A DNA stretch of 63,873 nucleotides, filler included, from an uncultured bacterium (GTDB lineage Bacteria; UBA8481): assembly GCA_964499705.1 (NCBI GenBank). It is 3 parts of 3 records of this genome, joined end to end, with 100 filler letters (N's around TTAATTAATTAA, not from the genome) between each part and the next. Parts side by side here need not be neighbours in the genome. Positions count along the whole stretch, not along the records: positions 26,093 to 48,672 come from CAZCME010000032.1; 2 more parts are not named here. The stretch is one strand, 5' to 3'. Below are positions 26,914-35,368 of this stretch, one piece after another; the first letter of the stretch is position 1, and every line of letters begins with the position of its first letter. The notes beneath the pieces are model-generated. The model was not told where the DNA came from, searched no databases, and saw only the letters and a program-made list of their open reading frames with translations. The position numbers and the translations under genes were made by a program.

Positions 26914-27380
26914 AAGCCGACGATCCCGTCCCCGAGTTTTCGCTGAAAGGTTCCGACGGGAAAACCTATTCCCCAAAGAGCCTCCGGGGAAAAAAATGGG
27001 TCCTCTATTTCTATCCGAAAGACATGACGCCGGGCTGCACGCGGGAGGCCTGCGACTTCACGGACAACATCCAGCGGTTCGTCGCCGGCAACACGATCGT
27101 CCTCGGTGTCTCGGGAGGCTCCATGGATTCCAAGAAGAAATTCATCGAGGAATCCTCCATCGGGTTTCCTCTCCTGGCCGATGAGGATTTTCTGCTGGCC
27201 AAGGCCTTCGGATCGTGGGGAGAAAAAAAGAACTACGGAAAGACCTACATGGGGCTCATACGTTCGACGTTTCTGGTGAACGAATCGGGCCGCATCGAGA
27301 AGGTCTGGTCGAATGTGAAGGTCGACGGTCACGTCGACAAGGTTCTCGACGCTCTCTATTCGCTCGTGCCTTCGAAATGA
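26907..27380 (+). CDS. bcp: peroxiredoxin Bcp/PrxQ
   Basis: [26 protein letters not shown]. Confidence 0.93.
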   Translation: MLKADDPVPEFSLKGSDGKTYSPKSLRGKKWVLYFYPKDMTPGCTREACDFTDNIQRFVAGNTIVLGVSGGSMDSKKKFIEESSIGFPLLADEDFLLAKAFGSWGEKKNYGKTYMGLIRSTFLVNESGRIEKVWSNVKVDGHVDKVLDALYSLVPSK

Positions 27381-28333
27381 CGCCGCTCCGCCCGCTCGCG
27401 CTGCTCGCGCTCGCTGTCGCCTTCGCTTCCGCGACATCCGCGGCGCCCGGCGATCAGCGCGCGATCGACTGGATCGTCGCGGTCGTCGACGCCGATGTCG
27501 TCACCTACACGGAATTCCTCGAGGAGCTCCGCGTTTCCGCCGCCCGCACGGGCCGCGGGCTCGATGCGTTATCCCGCGAAAACAAGGAGGCTCTCGCCGG
27601 CCAGGTTCTCGAGAAGCTCATCACCGACGCGCTTCTCGTCCAGGAAGCCAAGAGAAAGGGCATCACCGTGACTCCGGCGGAAGCGGACGAGGCCGCCAGC
27701 ACGGCCGTCGAGCGGATGCGCTCGCAATTCGTCGATCAGAACGCCTACGAACGCGCGCTCGCGTCGGAATTCACAACGCCCGACCGCGTCCGCGCCCGGT
27801 ATCGCGCGCAGGCCGAGAGCCAGATCTTCCGGAACAAGCTGATCGACCGCGAGATCCGGCGCCAGATCAAGATCAGCGACAGTGACGTGCTCATCGCCTA
27901 CGACAGACGCGGGATCGAGATCCACGTCCGCCACATCCTCGTCGCCGATTCCAACACCGCGGAAGCCGTCCGCGTCAGGCTCGTCAAGGGCGACGACTTC
28001 GACGCCGTATCCTCCAGCGTCGCGGCGATCGAGGCGGCCGACCTCGGCTGGGTCAAGCGCGGCAGTCTCGTACAGGCGTTCGAAGACGCCGCCTTCGCCC
28101 TCGCTCCGAACGAGATTTCCAGGGTCGTCCATACTCGATTCGGTTATCACGTCATCCAGTTGTTCGAACGCAGGGCCATCGAACTTCCGCCGTTGACGGA
28201 CGAATTGAAGGAGGAGATCTTCAACGATCTCTATTCCTCCCGCTTCGAGGAGCAGTTCACGAAGTTCATCGAGCGCATCCGGGCGCGCGCCTATATCGAG
28301 TTCCGAGAGGAATCGGTCCAATCGATCTTCTGA
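27377..28333 (+). CDS. surA: SurA-like parvulin peptidyl-prolyl isomerase
   Basis: signal peptide; IDWIVAVVD..VT; VRHILV; DLGW...FEDAAF; FGYHVI; surA-pdxA-rsmA synteny. Confidence 0.85.
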   Translation: MTPLRPLALLALAVAFASATSAAPGDQRAIDWIVAVVDADVVTYTEFLEELRVSAARTGRGLDALSRENKEALAGQVLEKLITDALLVQEAKRKGITVTPAEADEAASTAVERMRSQFVDQNAYERALASEFTTPDRVRARYRAQAESQIFRNKLIDREIRRQIKISDSDVLIAYDRRGIEIHVRHILVADSNTAEAVRVRLVKGDDFDAVSSSVAAIEAADLGWVKRGSLVQAFEDAAFALAPNEISRVVHTRFGYHVIQLFERRAIELPPLTDELKEEIFNDLYSSRFEEQFTKFIERIRARAYIEFREESVQSIF

Positions 28334-28349
28334 TACCCGGCACCCGAGC

Positions 28350-29303
28350 GTGAGGATCGGAATCACGGTCGGCGATGCGGCCGGCATCGGCCCCGAGATC
28401 GTCCTGAAGTCCCTCTCCGCGTTTCCCGCGGAAGAACTCCTCCTTATCGGACCGGCGGGCATCATACGAAAGGCCGCGCGGGCCTTCGAAATCGCCCTCG
28501 ACAACACGGAGCTCCTCGACACAGGCGCCCTGCATGACGAGTTCCTTCACTGCGGAAGAGACACGGCCGAAACGGGCCGCGCCTCGCACGAGGCGGTCGT
28601 CCTGGCCGCACGGATGGCGCTGGAGAAAAAACTCGACGCCATCGTCACTGCTCCCATATCGAAGGAGGCCTGGCACAAGGCCGGATTCACGGATCCGGGG
28701 CATACCGAACTGATCGGTTCTCTCTCCGGAGCAAAACCGGTGATGGCTTTCATCGGGCGGGAAACAGGCTCGCCCGGGACAGTCCTCCGCCTGGCCCTGG
28801 CCACGATCCACATCCCGCTGGCCGAAGTCCCGCGAGCTCTTTCCATCGAGGGGCTCACGAAGATCTTCGCCATTACCGCGCGGGACCTGCGCGATCGATT
28901 TCATATTCCCCGACCGCGGCTCGGCGTCGCCGGCCTCAATCCCCACGCGGGCGAATCCGGCCGCTTCGGATCCGAGGAAGCGGAGACGATCCTGCCGGCC
29001 ATCGAAGCCTCGCGCCGGGCGGGAATCGCGATCGAAGGTCCTTTCCCCGGCGACGCGATTTTTTCGCCGCGAATGCGGGCGCGCTTTGATTTGATCGTCG
29101 CCCTGTATCACGATCAGGGCCTAGCTCCGTTCAAGGCTCTCACTTCAGGCACCGGCGTCAATGTCACGCTCGGCCTTCCGATCATCCGCACCTCGCCCGA
29201 TCACGGGACGGCATACGACATCGCGGGGAAAGGCGTCGCGGATCCTTCCAGCATGATCGAGGCGATCCGGCTCGCACGCTCTCTCGCGACACCGGGAATC
29301 TGA
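28350..29303 (+). CDS. pdxA: 4-hydroxythreonine-4-phosphate dehydrogenase
   Basis: GDAAGIGPE, TAPISK, PGHTE, GLNPHAGE, YHDQGL, RTSPDHGTA. Confidence 0.95.
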   Translation: MRIGITVGDAAGIGPEIVLKSLSAFPAEELLLIGPAGIIRKAARAFEIALDNTELLDTGALHDEFLHCGRDTAETGRASHEAVVLAARMALEKKLDAIVTAPISKEAWHKAGFTDPGHTELIGSLSGAKPVMAFIGRETGSPGTVLRLALATIHIPLAEVPRALSIEGLTKIFAITARDLRDRFHIPRPRLGVAGLNPHAGESGRFGSEEAETILPAIEASRRAGIAIEGPFPGDAIFSPRMRARFDLIVALYHDQGLAPFKALTSGTGVNVTLGLPIIRTSPDHGTAYDIAGKGVADPSSMIEAIRLARSLATPGI

Positions 29304-29308
29304 AAGCG

Positions 29309-30154
29309 GTGCCCGCGCCCGCATCCGCCGTGCTCACGAGTTCCAGGACCGTGAAGGAGATCCTGACGCGCCATGGTTTCGTGGTTTCCAAAAGTCTCGG
29401 CCAGAATTTTCTCTGCGACGCGTCGGTTCTCCGGAGCATCGTCGATGCGGCCGAACCTGATGGCGAGGATGTCCTGGAAATCGGCCCCGGGCTCGGCGTC
29501 CTGACGGACGCGCTCGCCGCCCGAGCCGCGACCGTCACCGCCGTCGAAGCCGCGCGACGGCTCGAGCCGATTCTCCGGGAGACGCTCGCCCGTCATGCCA
29601 ACATCACGATCCGCTTCGCCGACTTCCTGCATGTTCCGTCGTCGGAATTGCCGGACAGGAAATTCGTCGTGGCGGCCAACCTGCCCTATTCCATCACGAC
29701 GCCCGTCCTCTTCCGGTTTCTCGACGGCGATATCGCGTGGAAGCGGATCGTGGTCACGATCCAGGCGGAAGTCGCGGAACGACTGGCGGCCCGGCCCTCG
29801 ACGCATGAATACGGCGCCCTGTCCGTCTCCGCGCAGGCGGCGGCCTCCGTGGAGATCATCCGCCGGATTCCGTCATCCTCCTTCTGGCCGCGCCCGAAAG
29901 TGGAATCTGCCATAGTCCGGTTAACGCCGCGACCGCGAGATAAGCCGTCCAACCTCCGCCTCGTTCTCCGCACCGCCTTCTCTTCGCGACGCAAGACGAT
30001 GCGCAATGCGGTCGCGCCGCTGCCGGGCGGATCCGAAGCGCTGAAGAAATCCGGCATCAGCGAGATAAGAAGGCCGGAAACCCTGAGCGTGGAAGAATGG
30101 ATCGACCTCGCCCGCCTGATGGCTCCCGCGCCCGACGTGGCACTCGGATCATGA
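29309..30154 (+). CDS. rsmA: 16S rRNA m6,2A dimethyltransferase
   Basis: KSLGQNFL, VLEIGPGLG.LT, ANLPYSITTP, F.PRPKVES. Confidence 0.95.
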   Translation: MPAPASAVLTSSRTVKEILTRHGFVVSKSLGQNFLCDASVLRSIVDAAEPDGEDVLEIGPGLGVLTDALAARAATVTAVEAARRLEPILRETLARHANITIRFADFLHVPSSELPDRKFVVAANLPYSITTPVLFRFLDGDIAWKRIVVTIQAEVAERLAARPSTHEYGALSVSAQAAASVEIIRRIPSSSFWPRPKVESAIVRLTPRPRDKPSNLRLVLRTAFSSRRKTMRNAVAPLPGGSEALKKSGISEIRRPETLSVEEWIDLARLMAPAPDVALGS

Positions 30155-30660
30155 TCGAAAAAAGCCTTCGGCTCCTCGATCCCCGGGCGCAAGCAGGAAC
30201 CATCGGGCATTGCTATTGCGCTTTCCGTTGCGCGGGCTGTCCCCATACCACGCATGCCGACGCGCTCCACCTTCGCATCGTGGGTTACGATGAGCAAGCT
30301 CTCAGCGTTCTGCAATCTTTCCACCCACGGGCGACTGAACTCGCCGCGGGTGAAATATCCGCGTCACAAGACACACTGGAGCAGATGAAAAAAGCCGGAT
30401 TGCAGCAGATCCTGATTCCCCTCTTCGGTACCGAATCCGTTCATGACGAAAGAGCGGACAGGCCAGGCGCCTATGCGGAAGTTTTCCAAACGATCAAGCG
30501 TGCGCAGGACGTCGGCTTGCGGACCCAGATCATTGTCCCCGCCGAGCTTCTCTCGCCGGAAGATCTCCGTTCGTTAACCCGTCATTGCTGGGCTCTGCAG
30601 ATTCAACTTACCCTCGTAAATTCCGGAGCCCCCCCTTGCTTTGCGTCGCGAATGGAATAA
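30151..30660 (+). CDS. miniature, divergent radical SAM-like protein (169 aa)
   Basis: ATGA overlap with rsmA; CAFRCAGC matches CxxxCxxC; GLQQILIPLFG.ESVHDERADRPGAY resembles the S.DG..E.HD..RG..GSF segment of radical SAM enzymes. Confidence 0.65.
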   Translation: MIEKSLRLLDPRAQAGTIGHCYCAFRCAGCPHTTHADALHLRIVGYDEQALSVLQSFHPRATELAAGEISASQDTLEQMKKAGLQQILIPLFGTESVHDERADRPGAYAEVFQTIKRAQDVGLRTQIIVPAELLSPEDLRSLTRHCWALQIQLTLVNSGAPPCFASRME

Positions 30661-30672
30661 AATCTTTCTCAC

Positions 30673-30876
30673 ATGAGTAATTCCATCCCTCACTTGGGCG
30701 CCAAAAAAGCAAAGTCCTACTCCAAGCCAGCGCTCGTTCGATATCGACCGGTCGAAACAAGCCCCATGGAATACACCATTTCATCCGGCACCCCGAACTC
30801 GGCAAAATGCGCCAATAATCCACCAGGCTGTCGGGGTCGAGGTCGCGGCATGATCGCTCCTCCTCCCTGGGGCTGA
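30673..30876 (+). CDS. candidate RiPP precursor peptide (67 aa)
   Basis: KKAKSYSKPALVRY matches the YxxPxL leader motif; Gly/Ser/Pro/Cys-rich C-terminus; TTGCTT-16-TAAAAT 9 nt upstream. Confidence 0.55.
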   Translation: MSNSIPHLGAKKAKSYSKPALVRYRPVETSPMEYTISSGTPNSAKCANNPPGCRGRGRGMIAPPPWG

Positions 30877-30907
30877 AACTCCCTTTCGATCACAACACTC
30901 GACTTTC

Positions 30908-31492
30908 ATGACCGCTTCCTGCCAGATCTCCTCGCTCTCGCTTCCCCATTGGGATGTTTATCTCCTCCACCGCCCAGCTCCGCAGGGTTCCCACCAGCTT
31001 CTGGAATGTCTGGAATTCCCCGACCGCAATCATATGATCTTCCTGGCAAGCTCGATCTCATCGGCGCAAGGCGCGCAATCCCTGGATTTTCTCAGGGGGC
31101 TGATCGCCAGCCTGGGCATGAAGGTCAAAGGGCTGGAAAGAATGCAGCAAGCATTACTTCAGCATCTGAGGAACTTGATTCCAGACGGCAACCTACCCGC
31201 AATACTCATCCTGGACATACCCGCCGGAGATTCCGATGTTTGCTGGTCGTCATCGGACCCTGGGCGCTTCATTCATGCACCATCCCGGCAGAATGTACCG
31301 CCCCCGCGTTCACCACTCACATTCCTTACCTCTGACGATCCCATGCTGATTCAGGAAATCAGACCATTACTGACGAACACGGAGACCAAATTTTCCATAG
31401 TGGATGCCATGGAAAGCATTAGAGATCTATTAGAATCATCCGGCAGGCTCTCCACATCCATTAGCCTGGTTCACCTGAACAGGACGAGATAA
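30908..31492 (+). CDS. hypothetical protein, degenerate SpoIIE/PP2C-like fold
   Basis: segment order WDVYLLHRPA / LLECLEFPD..MIFLASS / AILILD..VCWSSS / LTFLTSD / SISLVHL mirrors SpoIIE phosphatase domains, but most catalytic Asp residues are missing. Confidence 0.5.
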   Translation: MTASCQISSLSLPHWDVYLLHRPAPQGSHQLLECLEFPDRNHMIFLASSISSAQGAQSLDFLRGLIASLGMKVKGLERMQQALLQHLRNLIPDGNLPAILILDIPAGDSDVCWSSSDPGRFIHAPSRQNVPPPRSPLTFLTSDDPMLIQEIRPLLTNTETKFSIVDAMESIRDLLESSGRLSTSISLVHLNRTR

Positions 31493-31507
31493 GCGGGTAT
31501 AACCGCC

Positions 31508-31533
31508 TCACTCCGATATATTTATCGGAGTGA
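31508..31533. promoter_or_regulatory. palindromic operator candidate
   Basis: TCACTCCGATA-tatt-TATCGGAGTGA, about 20 nt upstream of a TTGACA box; no U-tract follows it on either strand. Confidence 0.5.
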
Positions 31534-31552
31534 AAAGAATTGAATTAAACTG

Positions 31553-31581
31553 TTGACAACTTTGCTGCTCTGACTTAGCTT
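31553..31581 (+). promoter_or_regulatory. sigma70-type promoter
   Basis: TTGACA-17 nt-TAGCTT. Confidence 0.65.
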
Positions 31582-31672
31582 CCCTTGGATCCGGGCCGAG
31601 TCGCCATGTGGCAAGTCGGCTCCATTTCGTGGCTCCCCACACTTGGTGGCAAGCCACTTTGAGGAGCAGGGT

Positions 31673-31918
31673 TTGACAGATCAGCAGCAGCAGCAACCGC
31701 GATGGGAAGAATACCTGACGAGTAAGGAAGCACAGGCTTACCTCAAGGTTTCGAGCGTTACGCTCTGGCGCCTGGTCAAAGAAGGTCAGCTTCCCGTCTA
31801 TAAAATCCATAATCGCAACCGGTACCGGAAGCATGATCTGGATGCCTTCATGGAATCGCATCGAGTCGGCCCCCCCTCCATCTTACCGCCATCCGGAGGC
31901 GATACCGGCAAACCCTGA
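31673..31918 (+). CDS. excisionase/BldC-like HTH_17 DNA-binding protein
   Basis: YLTSKEAQAYLKVSSVTLWRLVKEGQLP..KI..RNRYRKHDLDAF; GAGGAG RBS before TTG 31673. Confidence 0.88.
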   Translation: MTDQQQQQPRWEEYLTSKEAQAYLKVSSVTLWRLVKEGQLPVYKIHNRNRYRKHDLDAFMESHRVGPPSILPPSGGDTGKP

Positions 31919-31935
31919 TTCAAACGGGAGTAGAT

Positions 31936-32778
31936 ATGTTTAAGTGGTTATCACAAGCAAGAAGAGGGCGGCGTCCTAGATCAAACCGAGGTCGGAGCGT
32001 CTTGACCCGCTGGGCTCGACTCAGTCTCCAGGCAAGCGACATCCCAATCATCGCCGCGCTCCTCATTTCGGGAATTGCTCTCTGGTTTCTCGATCCTTCC
32101 TCAGCATTCAGTTCCTCCCCCGCCTGGGCGATGCCCGCGCGCTTCATCTCCACCGAGCTTGCTCTGCCCAATTTTCTGAAAGTCGTAGGGACGGAGGCGG
32201 GTTCAAGCCGAGTCTTGGATCTTGCCGAATTAGACGCGTCCGGAATTCAAGGCTGGGGAGGCAGATTACCCGAGCAGGATTTCGATCAATCGGACATATC
32301 CTGGCAAAGTTTACGTGATGAGACCGCGAATTTGCTCTATTCCTCAACCGCCGGCGGGCTCAATCCAGCGGCCGCATCCCCGCGCGAAAATCCGGATGCG
32401 AGCGGTAGCGGCCCCCGGATCACGTCGGGATTCGGATTCAGAAAGCTGGGCGGAGTGACCCGCCATCACGACGGCATCGACATCGCCATGACCTACGGAT
32501 CTCCGATCGCCGCGAAATGGGCTGGTGAAGTCGTCTATGCGGGATGGCATCACGGTTATGGTCTGGCCGTTTTATTGAATCACGGCCAGGGCAAGGAATC
32601 TCTTTATGCGCACGCCTCATCGCTGCGGGTTCAGGCCGGCGACATGGTCCAGGCCGGCGACGTCATCGGCTACGTGGGAACCACGGGACGTTCCTTCGGC
32701 CCTCACCTTCACTTCGAAGTCCGCTACGACAACATCGCGGTCGATCCCGAAGAGGAATTTCTCCGCTCGCCTCGCTGA
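31936..32778 (+). CDS. M23 family metallopeptidase, membrane-anchored
   Basis: ITSGFG.R, HDGID (HxxxD), YAH, GPHLHFEVR (HxH). Confidence 0.92.
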   Translation: MFKWLSQARRGRRPRSNRGRSVLTRWARLSLQASDIPIIAALLISGIALWFLDPSSAFSSSPAWAMPARFISTELALPNFLKVVGTEAGSSRVLDLAELDASGIQGWGGRLPEQDFDQSDISWQSLRDETANLLYSSTAGGLNPAAASPRENPDASGSGPRITSGFGFRKLGGVTRHHDGIDIAMTYGSPIAAKWAGEVVYAGWHHGYGLAVLLNHGQGKESLYAHASSLRVQAGDMVQAGDVIGYVGTTGRSFGPHLHFEVRYDNIAVDPEEEFLRSPR

Positions 32779-32831
32779 GCGAACGACTGAATTCCTCACT
32801 GACACCTCCGTTTTTCCGTTAAGATTGGATC

Positions 32832-34664
32832 ATGCAGAGAGAAATCATGGTGGAGGCCGAAAACCTGGCAAACGCCCTGCGCATCGCGGCGACAAAGCTC
32901 GCCTGCCCGCCCGAGCGGCTCCGCCATAAGATCATCCAGGAGCCGCGGGCCGGGGTGCTGGGATTATTCTCCAGGAAAGCCCGTGTCATGGCGTGGTTCG
33001 ACGACGGCGCCGAGCGTCACATCGATCAGGCGATTCATGCCGTCGGCAACCTCGACGGCAATTTCGTCGTGGAAGTCCGGGACACGGAACTTCTTCTCAC
33101 GGTCTTTCCTCCTTCCGGCTCCGGAAGAGCGATCGATGAAAACAGCATCTTCATCGAGCTCATGGAATACGAACCCGAAGGGCTCGACGAAATCCTTCTC
33201 GCGCAGGTCGCCAGGGAAGCGGACGGGGCTCCGCACGTCATCGGAAAAATGGACTCCTCCGTATCGCGCGACGGCAAGGTCGAATTCCAGGTCGCCGACG
33301 ACGCGATGACGGCGACCATGATGCTGGCGCCTCCGCGAAAGGGCGGGCGGGATATTTCCGGACAGGAAATCGCCGTAGCTCTCGTGCAGGCCGGAATTGT
33401 TCACGGCATCGATGCGAACGCGGTGGAAAAAGCCCTGCAGGAAAAGAACTATTTCCATCCCATGCCGATCGCGGCGGGCTCCGAACCCGCGACGGGCGAA
33501 GCGGGAGTGATCGCCTTCATGTTCCGCACGGACAGCCACATCGTGAACTTCAAGGAGGACAAGTCGGGCCGCGTCGACTATCACGATGTCGATCTCATCC
33601 AGGAAGTCAGGTCCGGCGACGTCCTGGCGCGCCGCGTGCCCGCCGGACCGGGCAAACCGGGCCGGGATGTTCTGGGAGGCGAAATACCCGCGCGGCGCGG
33701 AAAGGAAGCGAAGCTTCCCTCCGGAAAGAACGTCTTCGTCGACGGGAACGAATTGAAATCGGGAATCGACGGGCATGTATCGTTCGAATACGGCGATGTC
33801 ATCGTTTCGCCGATCTATCATGTCCGCGGCGACGTGAACCTGGAGACAGGAAACATCGATTATAACGGAACGGTCCGCGTGGACGGCCTGATCGAGGACG
33901 GCTTCTCCGTCACGACGAAAGGGAGCCTCTTCGTGAAGAAGTCGATCGGAAAATGCAGGATCGACGTGGCCGCCAACCTCGTCGTCATCGGCGGAATTCT
34001 GGGCCGCGACGAGGCTGTCATAAAGACCGGCGGAGACATTGTCGCGCTCTTCATCGAGCACTCCAGCGTCCGCGCAGGTCGGGATGTGGTTGTCGGGGAA
34101 GTCATCCTGCATTCGGACGTGATCGCCGGCCGGAACCTGATGATGAACGGCACGCGCGGCGCCTTCATCGGGGGGCACGTTTCGACGGGCAGCAACATCA
34201 CGGTGCGCACGCTGGGCGGAGAAGGCGCGACGCGAACCCACGTGCGGGCGGGGGTCAAGCCCGATCTCCTGGAATCGACGCGCTCGATGGACGCGGAGCT
34301 GCACGACCTGGAGGAAAAACTGGCGAAGATCCGTGAAGCGCTGAAGCTGATGGAGACGAAAGGGAGCCAGATCGCCGACATCGAACGGAAGCGCGTTCTC
34401 CTGATGCAGAGCGAAGCTCAGATTCGAACGCGCATCCGCGTCCTGTCAGACGCGCTGAAGAATCTCGGGAACAAGATCGAGACGGATTCCGCTCACGCGC
34501 GCATTCACGTCCTCGACACCGCGCTCTCCGGCACGCGCGTGGAGATCGGCAGCACGCATCTCCTCCTGCCCACCGACGTGCATTACGCCACCTTCAAGAA
34601 AATGGCGGGCGAAATCAAGATCTTCACATACAGCGAACGCCCGGCGGCGGGAGCGCAGGCATGA
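32832..34664 (+). CDS. FapA/DUF342 family protein with an N-terminal Jag_N-like domain
   Basis: EAENLANALRIAATKL..IIQEPRAGVLGLFSRKARV; GRVDYHD; GDVNLETGNIDYNGTV. Confidence 0.85.
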   Translation: MQREIMVEAENLANALRIAATKLACPPERLRHKIIQEPRAGVLGLFSRKARVMAWFDDGAERHIDQAIHAVGNLDGNFVVEVRDTELLLTVFPPSGSGRAIDENSIFIELMEYEPEGLDEILLAQVAREADGAPHVIGKMDSSVSRDGKVEFQVADDAMTATMMLAPPRKGGRDISGQEIAVALVQAGIVHGIDANAVEKALQEKNYFHPMPIAAGSEPATGEAGVIAFMFRTDSHIVNFKEDKSGRVDYHDVDLIQEVRSGDVLARRVPAGPGKPGRDVLGGEIPARRGKEAKLPSGKNVFVDGNELKSGIDGHVSFEYGDVIVSPIYHVRGDVNLETGNIDYNGTVRVDGLIEDGFSVTTKGSLFVKKSIGKCRIDVAANLVVIGGILGRDEAVIKTGGDIVALFIEHSSVRAGRDVVVGEVILHSDVIAGRNLMMNGTRGAFIGGHVSTGSNITVRTLGGEGATRTHVRAGVKPDLLESTRSMDAELHDLEEKLAKIREALKLMETKGSQIADIERKRVLLMQSEAQIRTRIRVLSDALKNLGNKIETDSAHARIHVLDTALSGTRVEIGSTHLLLPTDVHYATFKKMAGEIKIFTYSERPAAGAQA

Positions 34665-35368
34665 CGACGCTGGCGGAGCCCACAGAATACGGGATGAAGC
34701 GCGCGCGCCTCATTGCGCTCATCCGAAGGCATATCGAGGCGGAACTGATGCTCGATTCCGGCGTCGTGTCCCGCCGGCCTGCCGCTCGGAACGAAAAAGA
34801 CGAGCGCATGAAAGCACTCCTTGCGGGCTACGCGAATTGCCGCCTCTGCCGGCTCTGCGAGGAGAGAAAGACGATCGTTTCCGGCTCCGGAAGTGTCGCG
34901 GCGAAACTGATGATTGTCGGCGAAGCGCCGGGCGCGGACGAGGACGAGCAGGGGCTCCCCTTCGTGGGCCGTTCCGGACAGCTTTTGACAAAGATGCTCG
35001 CCTCGATCGGCATGGCCCGCGAGGACGTCTACATCACCAACACCGTGAAGTGCCGGCCTCCCGCAAACCGGAATCCGGAACCGGACGAACTCTCGGCATG
35101 CCAGCCGTTCCTGAGAGCGCAGATCGAGATCATCCGTCCGACGCTCATCGTCACCCTCGGTGGATTCGCCGCGCGCATCATTCTCGGGCTGGACGAAAAG
35201 ACACCGATCTCGCGCGTGCGAGGACAGGTGTATCTCCATGACGGCATCCGATGCATACCCACGTTTCATCCCGCGTATCTTCTCCGTAATCCCTCCGCCA
35301 AGAAAGAAGCGTGGCAGGATCTGAAGAAAATCCGGGTACTGCTGGATGAACAGGGAGCGAAGTCCTGA
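34661..35368 (+). CDS. uracil-DNA glycosylase family 4 (Fe-S)
   Basis: CRLCRLC, GEAPGADED.QG.PFVGRSG, VKCRPP.NR, TFHPAYLLR. Confidence 0.94.
   Translation: MTTLAEPTEYGMKRARLIALIRRHIEAELMLDSGVVSRRPAARNEKDERMKALLAGYANCRLCRLCEERKTIVSGSGSVAAKLMIVGEAPGADEDEQGLPFVGRSGQLLTKMLASIGMAREDVYITNTVKCRPPANRNPEPDELSACQPFLRAQIEIIRPTLIVTLGGFAARIILGLDEKTPISRVRGQVYLHDGIRCIPTFHPAYLLRNPSAKKEAWQDLKKIRVLLDEQGAKS

Noticed and set aside
30673-30876. Calling the peptide a lasso peptide precursor
   Set aside because: The YxxPxL leader fits, but there is no lasso cyclase, B1/B2 protein, or clear Thr(-2)/Gly1 core with a ring Asp/Glu, so the class is left unassigned
31673-31918. Prophage or ICE inferred from the excisionase-like gene
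   Set aside because: No integrase, att repeats or phage genes nearby; stand-alone HTH_17 regulators are common
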